A stretch of DNA of 64,000 nt from Eledone cirrhosa (GCA_964016885.1 OZ024741.1:282968001-283032000); one strand, 5' to 3'; shown: positions 33,770 to 47,756, numbered from the stretch's first letter. The notes: generated from the letters alone by a model not told the origin. Translations and numbers: made by a program.

Positions 33770-35700
33770 AGGGTGACGTAATGGTGGAATGGTAAGGTAG
33801 CCATTAAAACAAAAAGACAAGCTTGGAAAAACTGGAGGAAATGGAGAGTACCTAACAGCTAGAAGAGAAGCCAGATACCAGGTATGTCTAGCGAGAGGAG
33901 AGCAGAAAAGAAGTTTATATGTTCTGCATCATGATGATCAGAGTATTCCGGATTGCGAGACAGCGTGCTAGCAAAAATCATGATGTGGTTGGGGAAAAGT
34001 ATGCCTGAAATGAATGAAACACTTGTCCTGTCTAATGCTGAAAAGGAGGCTATGAGAGGCTGCTGAATGAAGAGAAGTGTCCCATTTATTCTCTTCATTA
34101 AGTCTTCCATGCCTCCTTCTTTTCGGCATCAGACAGGGCAAGTGTTCCAGACAGAGAGAGAGCCTACCCCATGTGGAGTCAACAGAGGGACTAGCCATAA
34201 AAGTTGACAGCAGTGTGATAGGTAAAGCAGCTGGAACATCTCATACAGTTGCTGAACTGCTAAAAGTATCTGGCAAGGTAGGTTACAACTTAGTCAGGCA
34301 CATATTTAATCAAGTGGTACAAGATGGTGTCATACCCAATGACTGGCACAGCAGTACCATTGTAAACTGCTACATGGGTAAAGATGCATTAGAAATAAGT
34401 AACTACAGAGGTATCAAGTTGATGGACCAGGTCATGAAAGTTACTGAAAGGATAATAGTAAAACTAATTAGGGACAGAATCAAGTTAGATGAGGTGCACT
34501 TTGGATTTATGCCAGGTAATACTACAGATGCCCTCTTTCTCATGAGACAACTACAGAAGAGGTATTTAGCTAAGAGTGAGCCACTGTGTCTAACATTTGT
34601 AGATCTGGAGAAGGCCTTTGACAGGGTACTAAGCTTTGTAATTTAGTGGGTACTTAGAAAGCTAGGAGTAGGCAAGAGGTTTGTGAGGGCCATACAGGCC
34701 ATGTATAAAGGTGCAACAAGCAAAGTGAGAGTGGCGTTCACCAGGGATCTATCCTCTTCTGTTTATCATTGTCCTTCAGGCCATCACCAAGGAGTTTAAA
34801 ACTGGCACTCCATGGAAACTCCTGTATGGTGATGGCCTAGTCCTTATAAGAGAGTTAGAGGCAAAATTTCAAGCATGGAAGAGGAACCTCGAGTTGAAAG
34901 ATCTAAAAATAATCTTAGCAAAGACAAATGTCTAAATAAGTAGGAAAGAGGACAGGAGGGTGATAACATCAGGGAAGTGGTCTGATTTGATATGTCAGAA
35001 AGAGGTGGGCAGAAATTCTATAAAGTGCCCACAGTGTATTCTATGGACATACAAGAGATGTAGTGGGATTGCAGGTAGGTTAATGGAAAAAATAGCATCC
35101 AGAGTAAATGTAAAATAGATTCTCTCGGTTGTCAGGGAGGCTTCTTAGAAGTTGTTGACAGCTTTTGTTACTTATGTGATCAGCAATGGGGAAGAATGCC
35201 CTAAAAGTGCAATAACCAGGATCAGAACAGGCTGGATGTAGTTTAGGGAGGTAGTACCTCTGCTGACAACAAAGGGCTTCTCTTTCAGAGTGAAAGGTAG
35301 ACTGTATGATGTTTCTGTGTGAACTGCAATGTTACATAGGCCTTCACTGCAGAAGACCTGCGGGAGCTAGAAAGAAATGAAGTGAATATGCTCTGAGGGA
35401 TGTGTAATGTTAGTGTGCATCAACAATGTAGCATAAGCAAACTGTGAAAAAAACTCAACATAAGAGGAATTGGATGTAGTGTGTAAAAGAGTAGACTGTG
35501 TTGGTATGGACATGTAATGCATATGACAGACACCAGCTGTGTAAAGAAATGCAGAGAAATCCCAGTGGCTGGGATCGATGGGAGAGGCAGATCCAAGAAG
35601 ACTTTGGACGAGGTAGTGTAGACCGATCTTAAGAACAGAGATGACAAAGGACCAGGGGGTGGTGCTATGCTGTGCTGATGAAGACTTGGCTACCAGCATG
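33770..35700 (+). mobile_element. Decayed RTE LINE of the PHD-bearing type
   Basis: NYRGIKLMDQVMKVTE, FVDLEKAFDRV, remnants of the Cys-rich insert near 34975-35070, many stops. Confidence 0.88.
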
Positions 35701-36489
35701 AATGTGACCTAACCCATCACAGTTTTCTTCAATATGTCGAAAAGTGGTGGACAGCAGAAACTCCTTCCCTGACGCTTGCTGAGCAAAGAAGTCTCTTCAG
35801 TTGGGACAATAATTGACAACCTCTCTAATGTTGGTGCTATGAAAATGCATCTAGTACATCCTGTAAGGTGGTAGACAATAGGAAGGGCACTTCACTGTAG
35901 AAATCATGCCAAAAGGGTTGAAAGGACCCTTCAGTTACGTCAACCAATAGCGCAACAACTTCTCTAGTGTTGGTGATTCTCATGATAAACATGCCCAGTA
36001 CATACTGTAAAGTGCTTGGTGATAGGAAGGGCATCCAGCCATTGAAAGATTGTCAAACAAAGGGTTGGGAGGAGCATTCAGTTGCGTCAAAATGACTTCA
36101 TTAGAGCTGGTGCAACAAAACAAATTGAGTTGGTAGAGTGTGAGAAATCCAGACCTGCTGGCCTGTTGGGGAGGTCAGTATACCAGCTTCAGTACCGACT
36201 CTTCCAACACTTGCTAGCAGGGAAAGCTAATGTTGAATGATGATATCACCAACAATGAGAAGGCGAATTATCAGTGTTAGGGCATTGCTTCACTGAATTC
36301 GCTCCGGTTCTCTGCATTCTGATTTCGAATTCCATCGAGGCCAACTTTGCCTTTCATCTTTCCGTCATAGATAAATAAAGTACCAGCCTAGTTTTGAGTT
36401 CAATTCTTCCGGGCATAACCGACCTGTGGAACTACGCAAAACAACTGCTGTCGCGTATGGGACAAATCCAGTTGACTGCCCAGTCGATA

Positions 36490-39400
36490 GCACAACCCTC
36501 AACTTCTGGGGCGTGTTGTGCAAGTGCTCCTTTCTTCCTTTTGCTCTCTTCTTCAACCTACAGGTTTATATACAGAGGCTTAATCACTCGGGCCATTTTT
36601 CCACATTCACCTACCTTTCAGTAAATTTACTGGGGTGCAGTGCCTCTCTCTCCACTCTGATTCTCCTTCTAAAGTGATACTTAAAGAAGGGAATGAGTTG
36701 TTGTCCGGAGAGAAAGGCATCTGTTCTCAGTCCTCTCAATCTCATCCACTATAGCCACTATACAGAGGAAAACCGCCTCTTTCGTTTTTGAAAGAGGTTG
36801 GCGGTTTGATCCTTACTATGGACTCGGCAGTCAACTGGATTTGTCCCATACGCGACAGCAGTTGTTTTGCGTAGTTCCACAGGTCGGTTATGCCCGGGCA
36901 GTGTACAATTGCATGCAAGACGGTTTCAATGTCCTGCTCGCATCTTGGAAGGATCCCTGCCGAGGCGTCCGTACCTGTAGATCTTGTCTCGAACTGGTAG
37001 AGCTCCTTGGTAGCACTGCCAGGCCAGAGACCTCTGGAAGTTGTCCATAGGTCCCGGGCGGAAAGTCCTACCAAACAGACTGGTGGGTTCGTCGTCTTCG
37101 ATGCCCAGAGTCTCTGAGCCCGTCATCGCCCTTGTGACGTACTAACCCTCTATAGAATGTCGAAGTGGAGTCTCCACTGATTGCTGTGCCTGGTCGACAG
37201 AGGACTGTGAGCGCCTGAGTGCATTCAATGTACGAGGCGCACATCTTCTTCGGTCTCCGCTTAACCCAGGACTGCAGCTCCATCAGTGAGACAAGATGTG
37301 GGAAGACCTGTCTCACAAATGGTGTCCACACCGGTTGGTCGGTGAGGAATACCTGTAGATGCTGTAGCCTCATCGCTTGTTTGCGCATCATCAGCCACGG
37401 CATTCCCAGCCCTCCGTTGGAAGGGTGCTGACAGCAGATGGATCTTCTCACCAGTGGAGTCTGCTTCTTCCAAAGGAACTGGAAGAGCAAGCGTTCCATC
37501 TTGGTGAGATGTTCACGGGGACAAGGCATGACGGTCAAGTGGTAGTAGATGACGAATAGTTTGCACTCTGCCCACTTCTGGGTGAGCGCAAATACCTTGG
37601 CCATGACCTTGTTCCAGTTTTTGTCCACCTAGAGGTCCGGACCGAACCAGACACCGAGCAATTTCACTGGTCCGTCCGTCCAGCGTCCGACGACGCTGTC
37701 GGATGGCATCGGTTTGCCTCCATGTTCCGAGTTGCAAACCGACAGACTTGTCCGGGTTCAGTTTTGCTCCTGTGAGCCTTTCGTATTCTTGTAGTAAGTT
37801 GCCGATCGCCCCAATTTCCGAGGTTTCCAACGCCATTACTGCCTCATTGTCGGCATAAGCCAATGCTTTCCGCAGTCCCGGTTCCAACGGGATGCCCTGC
37901 AGCAGCTCCAACTTCCGCAGTAGTGGCTCTAGAGTCAGTACGTACAGAATGGAGGAGAGAGGGCATCCCTGTCGGATGGAACACGTGATTGCGAACGGCT
38001 CCAATAGATAGCCATTCACCTTGACCATCGAGCAGATGTTGGAGTGCATTGCGGCGATCCAGCCCCCGAAACCGGCCGCCTTGAGAACCGCTTCCAAATA
38101 TTGATGGGGGACCTTATCGAACGCCTTAGACTGATCTAAATTGATCAGAGCCCCACCGGAGCTGGGTTTACACCCAACCCTCTCTATGATGTATTGCATG
38201 AGGTGGAGGTTGTTGTGTATGAACCTGGTCGGGATTGCACACGTTTGTGCTTTCCTTACCAGGTTCTCAACGACAACACCTTGGCCAAAATCTTTAACTC
38301 TGTGTTGAGCAGAGTTATGGGCCTAAAGTTGCTTAGTTCGTCTCCCTTGTTCTCATCTTTCCTGATCAGCGTTACTACACTCCTGCCTGCAGAACTGGGA
38401 ATTTCCCGTTCTGCTGCCAGTTGCAGTAGATGGCTTCGAGGACGCCAGAGAACAAGTCTGGCATTCCTATGTAAAACTCATAGTGTAGACCATCTAGACC
38501 GGGTGATTTGCGTTTCCCGCAACGGCCAGAGTGTCCCGTATCTCAGTGGCTGTGATCGGTCTTTCACAGAACTCGGCGTCCATGCTCGAGAGACGCGGCA
38601 GGCCGTCGAGGTATGAACCGAACTCCATTGCCCCGTTTGACGCACCGCCACTCTGCTCGAACAGTTGCACAAAGTGATGCTGAAAAGCCGCGCACATCCG
38701 CTTGGGGTCAAGTAGCACGCGTACGTTTTGGTCTTTCAAAGACCGAATTGTGGACTTTTTACCACTGCCACTCGGGCCCAGCTAACAGCTTTTGTTCTCT
38801 CGTTTCCTAGAGCACGTAATTTACTTCTGACCATGCAGCCTTCGTGTTTCGCGTCGAAGAACTAGTCCAGTGCCATTCTCGTTGCTAGCACTCTAGCTGC
38901 GTTGCCACTCCTATTCGCCTCCTCTACCTTGAATACTAGTTCTGTTTCTGTTTTGTTTTTCTCTAAGGCTAATTCTCTGCTAAAGTCTATCGACTCTACT
39001 CTAATTGCTCTCTTGAGAGAGTACCACCATCTGTTGTTGACGACGGCTCCCGTCAACTGTTGCTTAATTAATCTACTTATCCGTTCACTGTAGGCTTTAC
39101 GTGTCGGTAGCGACACGTTCAGCTTCCAGTATCCAGGTCCTTGTCTATGTATTCTATCACGGTTGACTATGCAGATGACTAGTTTGTGGTCTGAATAGGC
39201 AACCAGTGCATTTGTGGACAGCTTAACATCTTCTTGTCTCTCTCTCTCTCTCTCTAATAAAGAATCTGTCTAAATATGATCTAGATGTCCCGCTGCGGTT
39301 TGTCCACGTCCACTGTGGTACAGTCGGTAAATCTAGTCGATACCTATCGACCAGTTGGAATTGGCTGATTAAATTTTTGAGGCTGTTGCATCCCCCCTCT

Positions 39401-40344
39401 ACTGGGACATGATCCTACATAGTCCCATCATACGTCTAGGATACCATTCCAGTTCCCCACTAAAAGCAAGGATCAAGACGTTCCCAGAAAAGACTCTAGA
39501 CGTTTAAAGAAGTTTGGCTGTGATGATTGCCCACTTGGGGCTTAAACGGCCACCAGCCTGAAGGCTCCACCTCCATGACTGTTCACGTCTAGCACTACCA
39601 GTCTACTCTCCGGGTCCAAGTGTACTTGCTGTATTTCCGAAACATGACAGCCCCCCCCCCCCCCCCTGGCTGACAGAGAGATGCGTAGATCTCAAAGTCA
39701 TTGAAGATGGGTGTTAGTTGTTGCCTGTTGTGGATCCTGGACTTGGAGATGGCTATCACATCCATACCATGTGACCTAAGGTCGTTTAAAAGTTGGCCCT
39801 GTTTCCAGGGCATCCCTAGGCCACGCACATTCACACTTCCAACTCGTAAATTAGCCATGTTGGTGGAGAAGAGTTGGCGAAAAAGGACGAAAAGATGCAC
39901 TTACCTTTTCATTTCCTGGAGATCCAGTTGTTCAATCTCCATTTAGGTGCTGGTGGGGGTGTTGAGTGGGATGGGGAAACATTTTAATAGGACGCGGTTA
40001 ATGGGCTTTTGACAGGGGTGACCAACGTCCTGTGGAAATTGTTCTTTCAATTTCTGATAGGTTCCTATCGAAACCCTTATCAGTTTTAGGTGTGGTTGAG
40101 AGTGTGCCTTGGCAAAAGTTTTCACCTCAGTTTCTAATTTGGGGTCTTGGGAGATGACCTCCATTAGGTTTTTGTTGTTTGTGTTAATGTATGTGTATTG
40201 TTGTTTGTTTTTTTGTTGTGTTGTTTTGGCTTGTTGTTCATTTTGTAGTTTTCTTTTTATGGTGGGCATTTGTGTTAGGGGTGGTGTTGGTGTTTGTTTT
40301 GTTGTTTGTGTTGGTGATTGTTGACATGTACCAAACACACACAC
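36490..40344 (-). mobile_element. Tx1/L1-clade LINE, ORF2 near complete but frameshifted, partial ORF1
   Basis: MANLRVGSVNVRGL endonuclease start, LDQSKAFDKV, IRQGCPLS, AYADN, GGLGMP, zinc knuckle C..CEQDIETVLHAIVHC. Confidence 0.9.
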
Positions 40345-40696
40345 ATTTCCTACTCTCTCTGTCCCTCCCTCTTTCTCTCTTCATTTATATATATACTAGC
40401 AGTTTAGCCCGGCATTGCTCGGGTTTGTTCATTTGCTATGAAAAGTTACATACAGGTAAACGTGGCTTGAAAGCGAATAAGCTCATCAATTAAGTGCATA
40501 AAGCAGTTGAACCGGTTATTAAAAGTTACGAACCAATTAGCCTTTTGGACAATCAATGATGGGTTAATAATCTTCCAATAGCGAATTTAGCAGACCAATG
40601 TTGCAAGATCGTGGCCCTGATGCCGCTGGGTGACCCTACCAGGAAATAGTTTTCCAGACGGCATAGCTCCAACATCTCCAACGCCTGCACCAACAT

Positions 40697-40960
40697 CTAT
40701 AGCACCTCTTTGTAGACGATATTGCGTGTCATCCCTTGAGGAGTGTAAGCAAAAAGTCCATTCCTGCTCTCAACGCGGGAACAAGCAACATAAAGTTGGC
40801 CATGGGAGAAGCATGGCTCCCCCAAATGGATGCCTGCTACCAACAATGTTTGCCCTTGTGACTTATTAATGGACATGGCAAAACATAGTCTCCGGGAATT
40901 GGGATCGCCGGAAATCGAACGGGATATCTGACACCGAGGGGAAAAGGTTCATCCTTGGCA
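40697..40960 (-). pseudogene. Helitron helicase C-terminal fragment
   Basis: FAMSINKSQGQTL...CFSHGQLYVACSRV...TRNIVYKEVL*. Confidence 0.9.
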
Positions 40961-41924
40961 GTGTATTCGGCAGAATTGCCAGAAGTACAACACTATGGGT
41001 GTTGTCATATTAATATTTAACCAATGAAAGTCGTAAAAAATAAATAATTTATACATTCCGATTCATATGTCTATAGCATTAATCTGTTATATGAAGTGTT
41101 ATTAAGCCAATTTAAAATACCCCAGAAAAGCCATATGTCAATACGGAACTCCAAAGGCGGGCTGCCAACAGACCTAATCGTGGAAAAACTGCATGCCTGG
41201 ACAATATGTAAAGAAAATAAACCGAATATTCTGATGGCTGGATAATCTTTAAGATTTTCCTCGATAAAGCAGGAAAAATGCAGGTTTTCACCTAATGCGG
41301 GCCCTAGGGATCAAGAAAATAAATTTTTTTTATGTGCATAATATGCCTTGAAATTTCGGGAAAATCGGCTAGACATAACGCCCCCAAAAAGCTGAAAAAA
41401 ATGAAGTTTTTCACCTAATGCGAGCCCTAGGCCATAAAAAAGTTGGATTTTCTTTGCTCACGGTATGAAGAAGAGACTGACTAATACATAGTTACAATTT
41501 CAAGGAAATCGGTCTGACTTTAACGCCTCAAAAAACCCCTAAAAAGCTGAAAAAACGCAGTTTTTCACCTAATGCAGACTCCAGGAGATCAAAAAGTTGA
41601 ATTTTTTATGTGCATACACTCCCTGAAACATAATTAATACACATGTAAAGTTTGAAAAAAGTCGATTGGGTACTTCTCGAGTTTTAGGGATTCAAACAGA
41701 CACACACATATCCTCAGGGAAGTGACGTAATGCAGACAGTCAGAAATACAGACATATATTATAAGGGCGCGACGTTATATATATCTATCTAAAAAGAGAA
41801 AGACTAAGAATTATAGAGAGAGATCGCTCAATCGCCTAATGCAGTCCCTAAGGGCATTGAAAATTTGAAATTTTTTTGCTCAGAACACTCCCTGAAACAT
41901 AAGTATTACATGTGTAGCTCGCAC

Positions 41925-42263
41925 AGCAGCAGTATTCGCAGAATCCGTACTCCGACGTCTTTTACGCTGGTCGTACGTCTCGGCAGCTCGCGCAACAGCA
42001 GTATTCGCAGCATCCGTACTCCGACGTCGTTTCCTCTGGTCGTCCGTCTCAGCTGCTCGTGCAACAGAAGTTGATGCAGCATTAGCGGTTCGGCGAATGG
42101 TTCGTTGATTGTCTGTTTCAAGTGCTCTTCTGGTGGCAGTACGTTTAGCATCTTGCGATCGTCGAATAGCAGATTCCACTGACGATTCGTTTGCCCGCCC
42201 TGTTCGTGTTGTTGCTGCTTTCACAGTTTTTCGGCCAATTGAGTATCTCTTCCTTCGAGGCAT
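41925..42263 (-). pseudogene. Helitron RepHel N-terminus with 23-aa STPR-like repeats, truncated
   Basis: MPRRKR start; RANES, RALET, RAAET, RAAET motifs at 23-residue (69-nt) spacing. Confidence 0.78.
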
Positions 42264-43783
42264 GACCTAAAAGCAGTACGAAGTACACTGAAACTCACTG
42301 GTAGAGTAAGGAGTAAACTCGTCAATGAATTAAAAACCGATGCATGTGATTTCCGAACGGGGTATGGATAGGGAGAGGGGTAACAGTAAGAGCAGCGGTT
42401 GGAATGAGTGTAAGTTAGTGAATATGTTGTCAGTGACAAAAATGGCGTAAATCAAACACCACACGCAAGTACACACACACACTGAAGCACGCAAACTCAC
42501 ACACACACGTTAATAGATTTAACTCATATTGGAACTCTGCGCGAAAACACACACGCACACGTGTTAATTACTTATAGCTTTCCTTCCCCTCTTCCAGCGT
42601 CTCTCTCTCCCGCTTTTAGTCTGTTTGTTTCTTTCACTCTTACTCTTTATAACTCACATTAATACTAAAGGGTTAAAGTATTGTTCTCAAAATAAATAAT
42701 ATTAAATCTATGAGATTTTTGTATTATGTGAGATAAAGCCTTTATCATGAAAATAATATAGTATATATAGAATAATGTAAATGCTAAAGGGTTAATTAGA
42801 CCATGTGAGAGAGTTTATAATCACTCACGCATGCAAACGCACACAAACTCACACGCAATAGTTATTCCACTGTCATGTATCTTTGACGCATACAACTCTC
42901 AAAAGGTGGCATGTCACCCTCTCTCTCTTTTAGTCTGTCTGTTTCTTTCACTCTCACTCTTTCTCTCTGTAACTCGTTCACATTTCTCCCCTCTATCGAA
43001 AAACGCGGTGACGATGGGGTGGAGGAGGAGTAGAGAGCCACTTCTTCACTTCGCCTCTCCGTTTTTTTCTCTCCCCTCTCACTCCCTCATTATGTACAGA
43101 CATTGGCCACTTCACTAATTCGATCCCTAGGTCAGAATAATTTGAAATTTTTTTTTGCTCAAAACTCTTCCGGGGCCATACGGGTGTAAAGTTTGAAAAA
43201 AAACGGTTGGGTACTTCTCGAGTTTTAGGGAAACAGACATCCTGTTTTATATATCATCATCATCATCATTTCATTTTACGTCCGCTTTTTCCCTGCTTGC
43301 AAGGGTGGGACGGGAACTGATTCTGGCTTGATTTCTACAGCTCGATGCCCTTCCTAACACCAACCTCATTTACAGTGAGTGCTGGGTGCTTTTTTGCCGT
43401 GGCACCTCCACGACCACTTTGCAGTGGAATGATAGGGACCCCAGTCCCTATCATCTCATTTCTACAGCTGAGTAAACTGGAGCAATGTGAAATAAAGTGT
43501 CTTGCTCAAGGAAACAACACGTCACCCGGTCTGAGAATTGAACTCACAACCTCTCGATTGCAAGGCCAATGCTCTAACCACTAAGCCATGTGCCTCCTAT
43601 ATATATATGGCGTTGTTGAAAATAGCAGTGGCCTTTGACCTGGCAATAAAAACTGGAGACAAAACCAAGGCACACACACACAGAAGTTTGTGTGTATGTA
43701 TGTGCGTGTGTGGTGTGTATATGTGTGTGTGCGTGCGCGTTTATGTATGTGTGTGTGTATCTATCTATCTATCTATCTATATA

Positions 43784-43830
<47 letters not shown>

Positions 43831-45032
43831 AATACAGATATTTCTTTCTCACTGTCACCAAGCTTCTCAATTCATTCGTTGCTACTAAGTATTTTATTTT
43901 GCAAGGTACTATTTTCCCTCTGAGTTTGTGATTTCAGAGAAAGGTAAGACATTCTTCATATTTTGCATTTTGACTTTACAGTTTGAATTGTAGAATTGTC
44001 TATCCACTCAAAATATTACAACAGCTGACAGTGAAATATAGAATTTAAAAAAAAAGCTTTTTCGACTGAGATCAAATCTTGAGAATGTCTATTTTTCAAA
44101 AATATATAATTTGAAATAGTTTGCTTTTGTTTTGGACTGAAACTTTTTTGTATTTAATTCGTACGAGTATTTTTTAAAGATTTTAACATAACTTAATTTG
44201 GCCCAGTAATCTACTGATATCAAAATGGAAAAATAGGGGTTTCGTGATTTCGAGGGGAAAAAGGGGGGCGTTTGGCCGAAATGGGTTGAGAACCTTTGCT
44301 GTAGAACAATTGTTCATTAGTCGCAAGTCAGACATGAAGCGGCAGCAATAAGATCAAAAGCATTCAAACCGTGACATTTGCGTCTTTTTTAGGCGGTGTG
44401 CATCTGCAACCATTGCTCTATATTTAAAATAGAAGGCCATAATTTGAGGGAGATTTGGTTGGTATTTCTAACAGTTAGACCGACCGCATAGGCTCAGTTA
44501 TTGCTTTAACTGGTATTGTATGTATAACATTTATGAAATGATTAGGAGAGTTTTCAAACAGATAAGAATGAAAAATATTAATGTTTATCTTATATATAAG
44601 ATAAACATATATATATATATATATATAAAGCTAAATATATTTACCATAATATTGATTATTTGTTCGAGAACCAGCGTGCTTCAATTAGAAATTTTTACTG
44701 TCTAAATTATTTCCCTTGAATAAGAGCCGGTGTAGCAGTTTCAAATGACCCCTCGTTTGACTTTACCCCTTCAGTAACTTGAAATCGCGTTCAGACAAGA
44801 TGAAATTGATTTCAAATTACCCCGGGCGAAGCTGGAAAATAATTTCATCTTGCCCCTCTGATTTCGGGACGGTTAAAACAAAAAACATTTCTGTGGTATT
44901 TTCTAGTTTTTCCCATTTTGAGACTGGCTTACGATGTTTCATGCATTTTATACAATAAATAAGTTGTAGAGGTAAATATTCCCTCAGTATTGGATTATCC
45001 AGAAGTGATGGGAAGAGATTAGACGGCCTTAC

Positions 45033-45068
45033 CCTTTGTCCCTGGGTAAGATGCAGGTGTCTCATCAT
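45033..45068 (-). CDS. Candidate PBDC1 first coding exon (unconfirmed)
   Basis: ATG ATG ... AGG|gtaagg, MMRHLHLTQGQR, phase 0 compatible with the 31869 acceptor; lies in apparently unique CpG-containing DNA with a CGGAAG motif just upstream; no recognisable homology. Confidence 0.25.
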
Positions 45069-45552
45069 GGATGTCACGGTAAATGTGAGGGTCACCGCTT
45101 CCGTAGCCGAACGGAATAAAATCAGAAAATCTGGGAACTTTCGAGTAAATATTTGATAATTCTGGAATGGGATAATTTATGAGATTGCCTCCCTTCTATT
45201 CTTCAATTTTATTAATGTCATATAATTTCTTTTTTTTTCACATACATATAGGGAGTAAAGACCGACTTCAGTCACGAATGACTATGGGATTTGCTTCTAG
45301 AAAAGGTTGTGCAAGACCAGCAGTCGCTCATCGTGCATACCAGTTTCCCCTTTCCACGCCACCAATGTTGTCCAATGGAAAGGCAAAGGCTGATACAGGT
45401 TGGCACCAGTGACGTTGCAACTCATTTCTACAGCTGAGTAAACTGGAGCAACGTGAAATAAAGTATCAACATACGTACATACATCCATAAATACACACAT
45501 ATCATGCATGCATACGCACACATACACACACATACATGCATAGATACATACA

Positions 45553-46006
45553 TAATTGTTTCTACTTTTGGCACAAGGCCAGCAATTAATCCAGTGTATT
45601 ACTGGTACTTTATTTCATAGACCCCGTAAGGATGAAAAGCAAAGTTAACCTTGGCAGGATTTGAACTCAGACCACAAAGGGCCGTAACTCTTTGCTGCAG
45701 AGCATGGCGTCCGACCCTCTACCGATACCGCCAGAGATACATATATATAGTTGTTTCTACTTTTGGCACAAGGCCAGCAATTACACAGTACATTACTGGT
45801 ACTTTATTTCATCAACCCCGTAAGGATGAAAGACAAAGTTAACCTTGACGGGATTTGAACTCGGACCGTAAAGATAATTAGATAATATAGATACATACAT
45901 AATTGTTTCTACTTTTGGCACAAGGCCAGAAATTAACCAGTAGATTACTGGTACTTTATTTTATCGACCCCGTAAGGATGAAAGGCAAAGTTAACCTTGG
46001 CGGGAT
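45553..46006 (-). mobile_element. Three tandem head-to-tail copies of the Nin-type SINE
   Basis: TTGTTTCTACTTTTGGCACAAGGCCAG tails at about 45556, 45751 and 45903, with progressively shorter heads. Confidence 0.88.
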
Positions 46007-46015
46007 TATACATAC

Positions 46016-46845
46016 ATCATCATCATCGTTGTTTTTACGCCTGTTTTTCCATGCTTGCATGGGTTAAAGGAGTCCTTTTCAGCACAGCACCTCTCCACTT
46101 GTTGCAGTCCTTCGTCATCTCTTTGAGTCTCATCAATTTGAAATCAGCTCTCACTACTTCTGCCCATGTCGTCTGTGGTCTTCTTCTATTGTGGCTTCCT
46201 TCCACTGGAATTTCTTGGCACTTCTTCACTCAACAATCATCATCCATTAAGCAGTCTCCTTCTTCCACACCACTTCTGGTTCCTCTTAAACCCAGTTTCT
46301 TCCTCAGTTCATCCAAGCTCTGCCTTTCTCTTACATTTATATTACACATCCAACAAAGCATGGCTGCTTCATTTCTCTTCAGCCTACGCATGTCATGTAG
46401 TCACTTCCCATATTTCACTATTATATAACATTACAATTTGCATACAGGTGTCATACAGCCATCCTTTCATTTGTAGGGAGAAAACGTTTGTTTTCAACAG
46501 TAGCTCTCTAAACCTCTTCCAACCTATCCGTATTCTAGCTATATTGCTCTTGGAGCATCCTCCACCACTGCTAATTAGGTCACCTGTAACTTGAATTCTT
46601 CACTAAACTCACTTCCTGCACTCTCTTTACTGACAACTCCTCTGTACATGGCTTGCACTGCTCTCACAAGGCATTCTTCTACACCCAATTTCCTTAAGGA
46701 TTACCAGATAACAAAGCAATAAAAGCTAAATATAGTGGCTTATTCTTGGCTAGAAACTTCTTTTGCAATTGTCTTACTAAAAAGAGGGTATCTGTATTAC
46801 TTTTCCCTGACATAAAAAAAATGCTTCTCATCTAATTTGATTCTA
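46016..46845 (-). mobile_element. Decayed RTE LINE fragment
   Basis: (CAT)n tail, RRRPQTTWAEVVRAD, GDLISSGGGCS remnants. Confidence 0.8.
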
Positions 46846-47274
46846 AAAACACTGTCACTCCCAATCATCCCAGACAAACACATACACATAGAAAAGGCCA
46901 CAACATCAATAACTTCACTATCAACAGATACACATCACCAGCATGGACAGAACATTAGTAACTGTACTCTCTGTCTGAGTTTGTCTTGCTCATCTTTGCT
47001 GTGACCACCAACAGGGTGTGGGGCCATACAGAAATAGATTGAGTAATAGAAAAGAATATGTTCACACAGCAATCCTGTGACTCATATCAAGCACTGGATG
47101 AGGAAGTGTGCAGTATGGCTATCAGCTGTGTGGCAGCATGCCAAGCCTGTCATCAGGCTTTGGTGCATAAGGAGGAGGGGGAGACTTCAGAGCATTTTGG
47201 GTGAGGCCTCTAATTCATAATAATTCAAGATGTACTGTCGAAATAACATATCACCATAAATTTGAGGGTGCAGC

Positions 47275-47472
47275 AATCAATGATAAGAGTGGGTCTGATC
47301 CAACCAGTGCCCCCCACCATCCCTTGGTCCATATCTAAGGGTACATCAATGATAAGTAGAGGGTCACTTCCATCCAATGCCCCCCCCCCCCCCATCACTT
47401 GGTCCAGATCTGAGCCTACATCAATTATAAGTAGAGGGTCAGTTTCAGCTAGTGCCCCCCCCCCCCACTCCT
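47275..47472. repeat. Three-unit tandem repeat of about 70-75 bp with poly-C tracts
   Basis: ATCAATGATAAG(TA)GAG.GGTC...TGCCCCCC...CTTGGTCCA.ATCT repeated. Confidence 0.8.
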
Positions 47473-47756
47473 AGGTGACAGGCCCAAAGCATGTTACATC
47501 TGGAAAAAAAGATCTAAAAGTCACCAAGTTGTTTCAGCTAACTGCCCACAGGTTTAATCAGAGCTGACCAGAGACTACACGACTGCCAGGTTGAACTTTG
47601 AAAATGGGACTAACCAAACAGGTTAAATATACAACTCATCCTTTGTTATTATTCTAATTCAGATAAATAGAAATTGAATAATTCATATGTATAGATAGAA
47701 TATGATTATGTATTTATTTATGTATTTATTGATAGAATATGATTATGTATTTACTT

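Larger units (their letters stand above)
40396..43250 (-). mobile_element. Composite, internally deleted Helitron
   Basis: 3' CTAG|T at 40396-40399 with hairpin 40408-40423; PIF1-helicase C-terminus; STPR-like N-terminus; 5' subterminal AGGATGTCTG...CCCTAAAACTCGAG near 43215-43250 shared with the element at 62404. Confidence 0.88.

Noticed and set aside
43538-43931. ORFs rich in YI, CV and LS repeats (also 5422-5661, 53873-54064)
   Set aside because: Translations of (TA)n, (TG)n and (TCTA)n microsatellites.
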